This document shows positions 35,111 to 37,874 of a stretch of DNA of 37,874 nucleotides, piece by piece. The notes beneath the pieces are model-generated. The model worked only from the letters and a program-made list of their open reading frames with translations. It was not told the origin of the DNA and ran no database searches. Position numbers and translations under genes: made by a program. Position 1 is the stretch's first letter, and each line of letters begins with the position of its first letter. The DNA is from Catajapyx aquilonaris (taxonomy: Eukaryota), in contig JYFJ02003762.1 of assembly GCA_000934665.2 (NCBI GenBank), forward strand, positions 1 through 37,874, written 5' to 3'.

Positions 35111-35479
35111 CTATCATGGAGAATAAAATAATTGAATAAGTTGTTGTGAAAAGGACTTATGTCCACCTTTTGGCATTTTCGAGTGACACTGGCATGTTCC
35201 TTCTTGAATTACAACATGTATTTTGAATATAAAATATCATATTCCTTTTATTAATGAAGAATCTGCACTAAAATAATAATATAGCAAAGGAAAAGTTGGG
35301 ACTGAGTAGGACCATATTTGCTGAGCGTCCCCTATGGGGGACACCTGCACAGTTGTTACATTTTAATTTTTTTTGCGCAGGTTCTTCTGCTGCCAAAGAG
35401 CTGGCAGTGTCACGTGTGCTTCAGTAGAGTCTCAGCTAACGATACAAGTTCAAACATGCTTAATATTGCTTCAGATGCA

Positions 35480-36628
35480 GTGGAGATTTTCAAAAATAAA
35501 GCAGAAAGGTCGTAGGACAGTTATGGCCTGTATTTAAAAAGCTGCAGGTGAGAGACATTGCAGTGGCGATGAAGTTTTTCACGGCCAAAGTGGTGCCGGT
35601 TCTACAATACGGCTACCGGTGTGGGGGCTAAACCATTTAACGGATCTGGAAAAAATTCAAAGTGCATTTATCAGAAAATTCCTGGCCCTTCCTTATAAAT
35701 AGTCTGGCAGCTTCCTGAGAATGGAAACAGCAACGCGAAAGCTGGAAGTGAGATTAATCTGCCAAACAGTAAAATTTGTCAACAAGTTAGTAAGGGTGGA
35801 CGATAACCTACTGTTGAAGAAAGCGTTTAGTAGTGCGATAAACAACAGACCGAGAGGAAGCAATGCACTGAAGACCTGGGCGGCAACAGTAAATGAGCAT
35901 TTAGTGAAATATGGTCTGCCGGAAATGAATGGGGAAGAATACGACATTCAGTTAGTGCAAAATAGAGTGATAAAGAAGTGTAACGAGGATGACAGGCGGA
36001 AATTGCAAGGATCAAAGCACTACAAATTTTATGATGAAATAAGGCTAGAAGAGGGTGAAAGAGGATATCTGCACCTGAATTTACCTGTGGCAGTCGTAAG
36101 GCTTATGTGCAATCTGAGAAATAAGTCGTCAACACCCTGGGTCAAGGGTTTTACGATAAGGACAAGCGACGATGAAGAAATATGTCAGCTTTGTAACATG
36201 GGAGTCCCATTTACGCTTCACCACTTAATGATGGAGTGTTTACAAACGATATTCCTCTGGAGAAGATTTCTAATAAACCTGCCTACAGCACCACTGGACA
36301 GATTACACTGGCTGGTTGCAGTGCCAATCATCATATGCAATATACCGTTTCATGCTGCAAGTCTCAAAAATCCTGGACTTATGTGAAGTGAGATGAGTTA
36401 TCCTGGTCTAGCTATACAAATTGGATTGTGACAAGCTTTATTTATTTATTTATTTGTTATTATTTTTTCTTTATTCTTTTGACAAGCAGTTTGTAAATAT
36501 GTTGTTGGGTTTAAAAAGAGCTCAGTTATGTAATAGTCATGTAACAACGGAAGGAGGTCCCCCAAAGGGGCCAATATGGCCCAGAACGGGGTAAGATAAA
36601 TAAAATAAAAAATAAAATAAAAATAAAT
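35480..36628 (+). mobile_element. 5'-truncated non-LTR retrotransposon (LINE): RT C-terminal region, CCHC finger and putative 3' UTR/tail
   Basis: Frameshifted KVVPVLQYG..., LEKIQSAFIRKFLALP, then ORF 35721-36386 with ICQLCNMG...TLHHLMMEC; followed by an AT-rich UTR, a hairpin at 36559-36593 and (TAAAA)n. Clade not determined. Confidence 0.8.
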
Positions 36629-36765
36629 ATTGCTTCAGAGTTTTAAGATACAGGTGTTTGCATTTTAACGCAGGAAATAATGGCTGCACCTTCAAGTTCA
36701 GAATATGATTAGTAATTAATTTTTGAATACTGATTAGTGTTATAAGTGATTTATTGTTTGTAATA

Positions 36766-37427
36766 CAGGGTGTTCCAAAAAGGTGTTCCCAGTAAAGAAC
36801 CAATGCAGTTCCGGAAGTATTCCATATATTTTATTCAAATTTGCCGGGAAGGTGGGACAGATGATCAAGTTTTTGTACAAAAAGTCACACCTCCACATGT
36901 CCACCCTGGCATCGAAGACACAGCTTAAACCGTTCTTCAGCTGCTCGCCAGGTGTAGCATGTATGGATACATCTTCAGCCTTGTCTTCAGCATTTTCCGT
37001 ACGATGCGATGCATCGAACTCAGTGGGATATCCATCTCCAGGGATCCCTGACGCAGGGACTTCTGCGGACTCTTCAACGTGGCTTCCCTCACCTGTTCAA
37101 CACGATAAATTGCAGGTGCATGCCCAGAGCCCTTGCCATGGACGATGCAGCCTGTCACTTCGAAACTCCGGAACCACTTAAGGATGGACTTGTTGGAGGG
37201 TGGGTCTTTGCCATAGAGTTGCCGGAACTCTCTTCGCACTCTAGTCACACTTTTCAGTTCAGCGAAAAAGAGTACACACTTTGCTTTTACTGAAGATGTA
37301 TCTGTACAAGCTATACACCTGGCGAGAGGGTGAAGAACGGTTTAAGCTGTGTCACTGTCGCTTGGGATTTTAGAATATTCAAACAAAAATTGGTGATCTA
37401 ATACTTCAAGCCATTCTGGACACGATG
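36766..37427 (-). mobile_element. Tc1/mariner-superfamily remnant with an N-terminal HTH (DUF4817-like) coding fragment
   Basis: TA|CAGGGTGTTCC end; SVTRVRREFRQLYGKDPPSNKSILKWFRSFEVTG...SPQKSLRQGSLEMDIPLSSMHRIVRK..LKMYPY; internal inverted repeats at ~36917-36958 and ~37310-37353. Confidence 0.8.
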
Positions 37428-37874
37428 TCACTCACAAAAAGTCATGAACTAACTCTCTTTATAACATAAAAAATCAGTCCCAATTTGTTTTGACTTGCCC
37501 TCATATTATAGCCATTGGAATGCTTAGACTTTTGAGTCTACAGAGGGAGAATCATCTGTCATCTGAGACTTTTTTTTTTAACCCTGTGATAAGGCGGAGC
37601 CTTTTTATAGTCGAAGCGGTACACAAAAATATGCTGCAAAATCTTGCAGAAAGCAAGCCACTTTGCACAGACGTTCTATAGACCAAGACGATCAATTTGA
37701 CCCGCAGCACCCTGTCCCCTGACCTTGTGGGGTCAAATGGCGGCCATTTTTTTAAAAAAGGTCATTTATTTTTTTGTAAATTCCAAATTGCCTCTCCATG
37801 GCAATGTTGGTGTCATTTCCGCATATTTCGAGGTCGACAAGTCGATTGGTAACATGCAAGAGGTCATAAGGTCA

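Overview
Eukaryotic genomic DNA, most likely arthropod (spliceosomal GT-AG introns, TTAGG/TAACC repeats, tRNA-derived SINEs; the taxon is an inference). Two host genes converge tail-to-tail. The last two coding exons of an otubain (OTUB1-like) deubiquitinase lie on the + strand (1733-1927, 5631-5828). At least seven exons of an ankyrin-repeat and SOCS-box (ASB-type) protein lie on the - strand (35110 down to 12227); both 5' ends appear to lie outside the window. Introns and intergenic DNA are packed with transposon relics: many palindromic MITEs (TA, TWA and 8-bp TSD classes), nested mariner/Tc1/pogo/hAT stacks, a non-autonomous Helitron, a DUF6570 Helitron-like pseudogene followed by a 300-bp palindrome, a Ginger2/KRBA2-like integrase fragment, a LINE 3' fragment and several SINE families. 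The most interesting signal is a covarying 3'-terminal RNA structure (CCCC-[variable hairpin]-CACGGGGTA) shared by the LINE's putative 3' end and two SINE families with different bodies, i.e. a candidate LINE-SINE partnership with modular tail exchange. No CRISPR array, rRNA or genuine tRNA was found. All family assignments are by eye, not from database searches.
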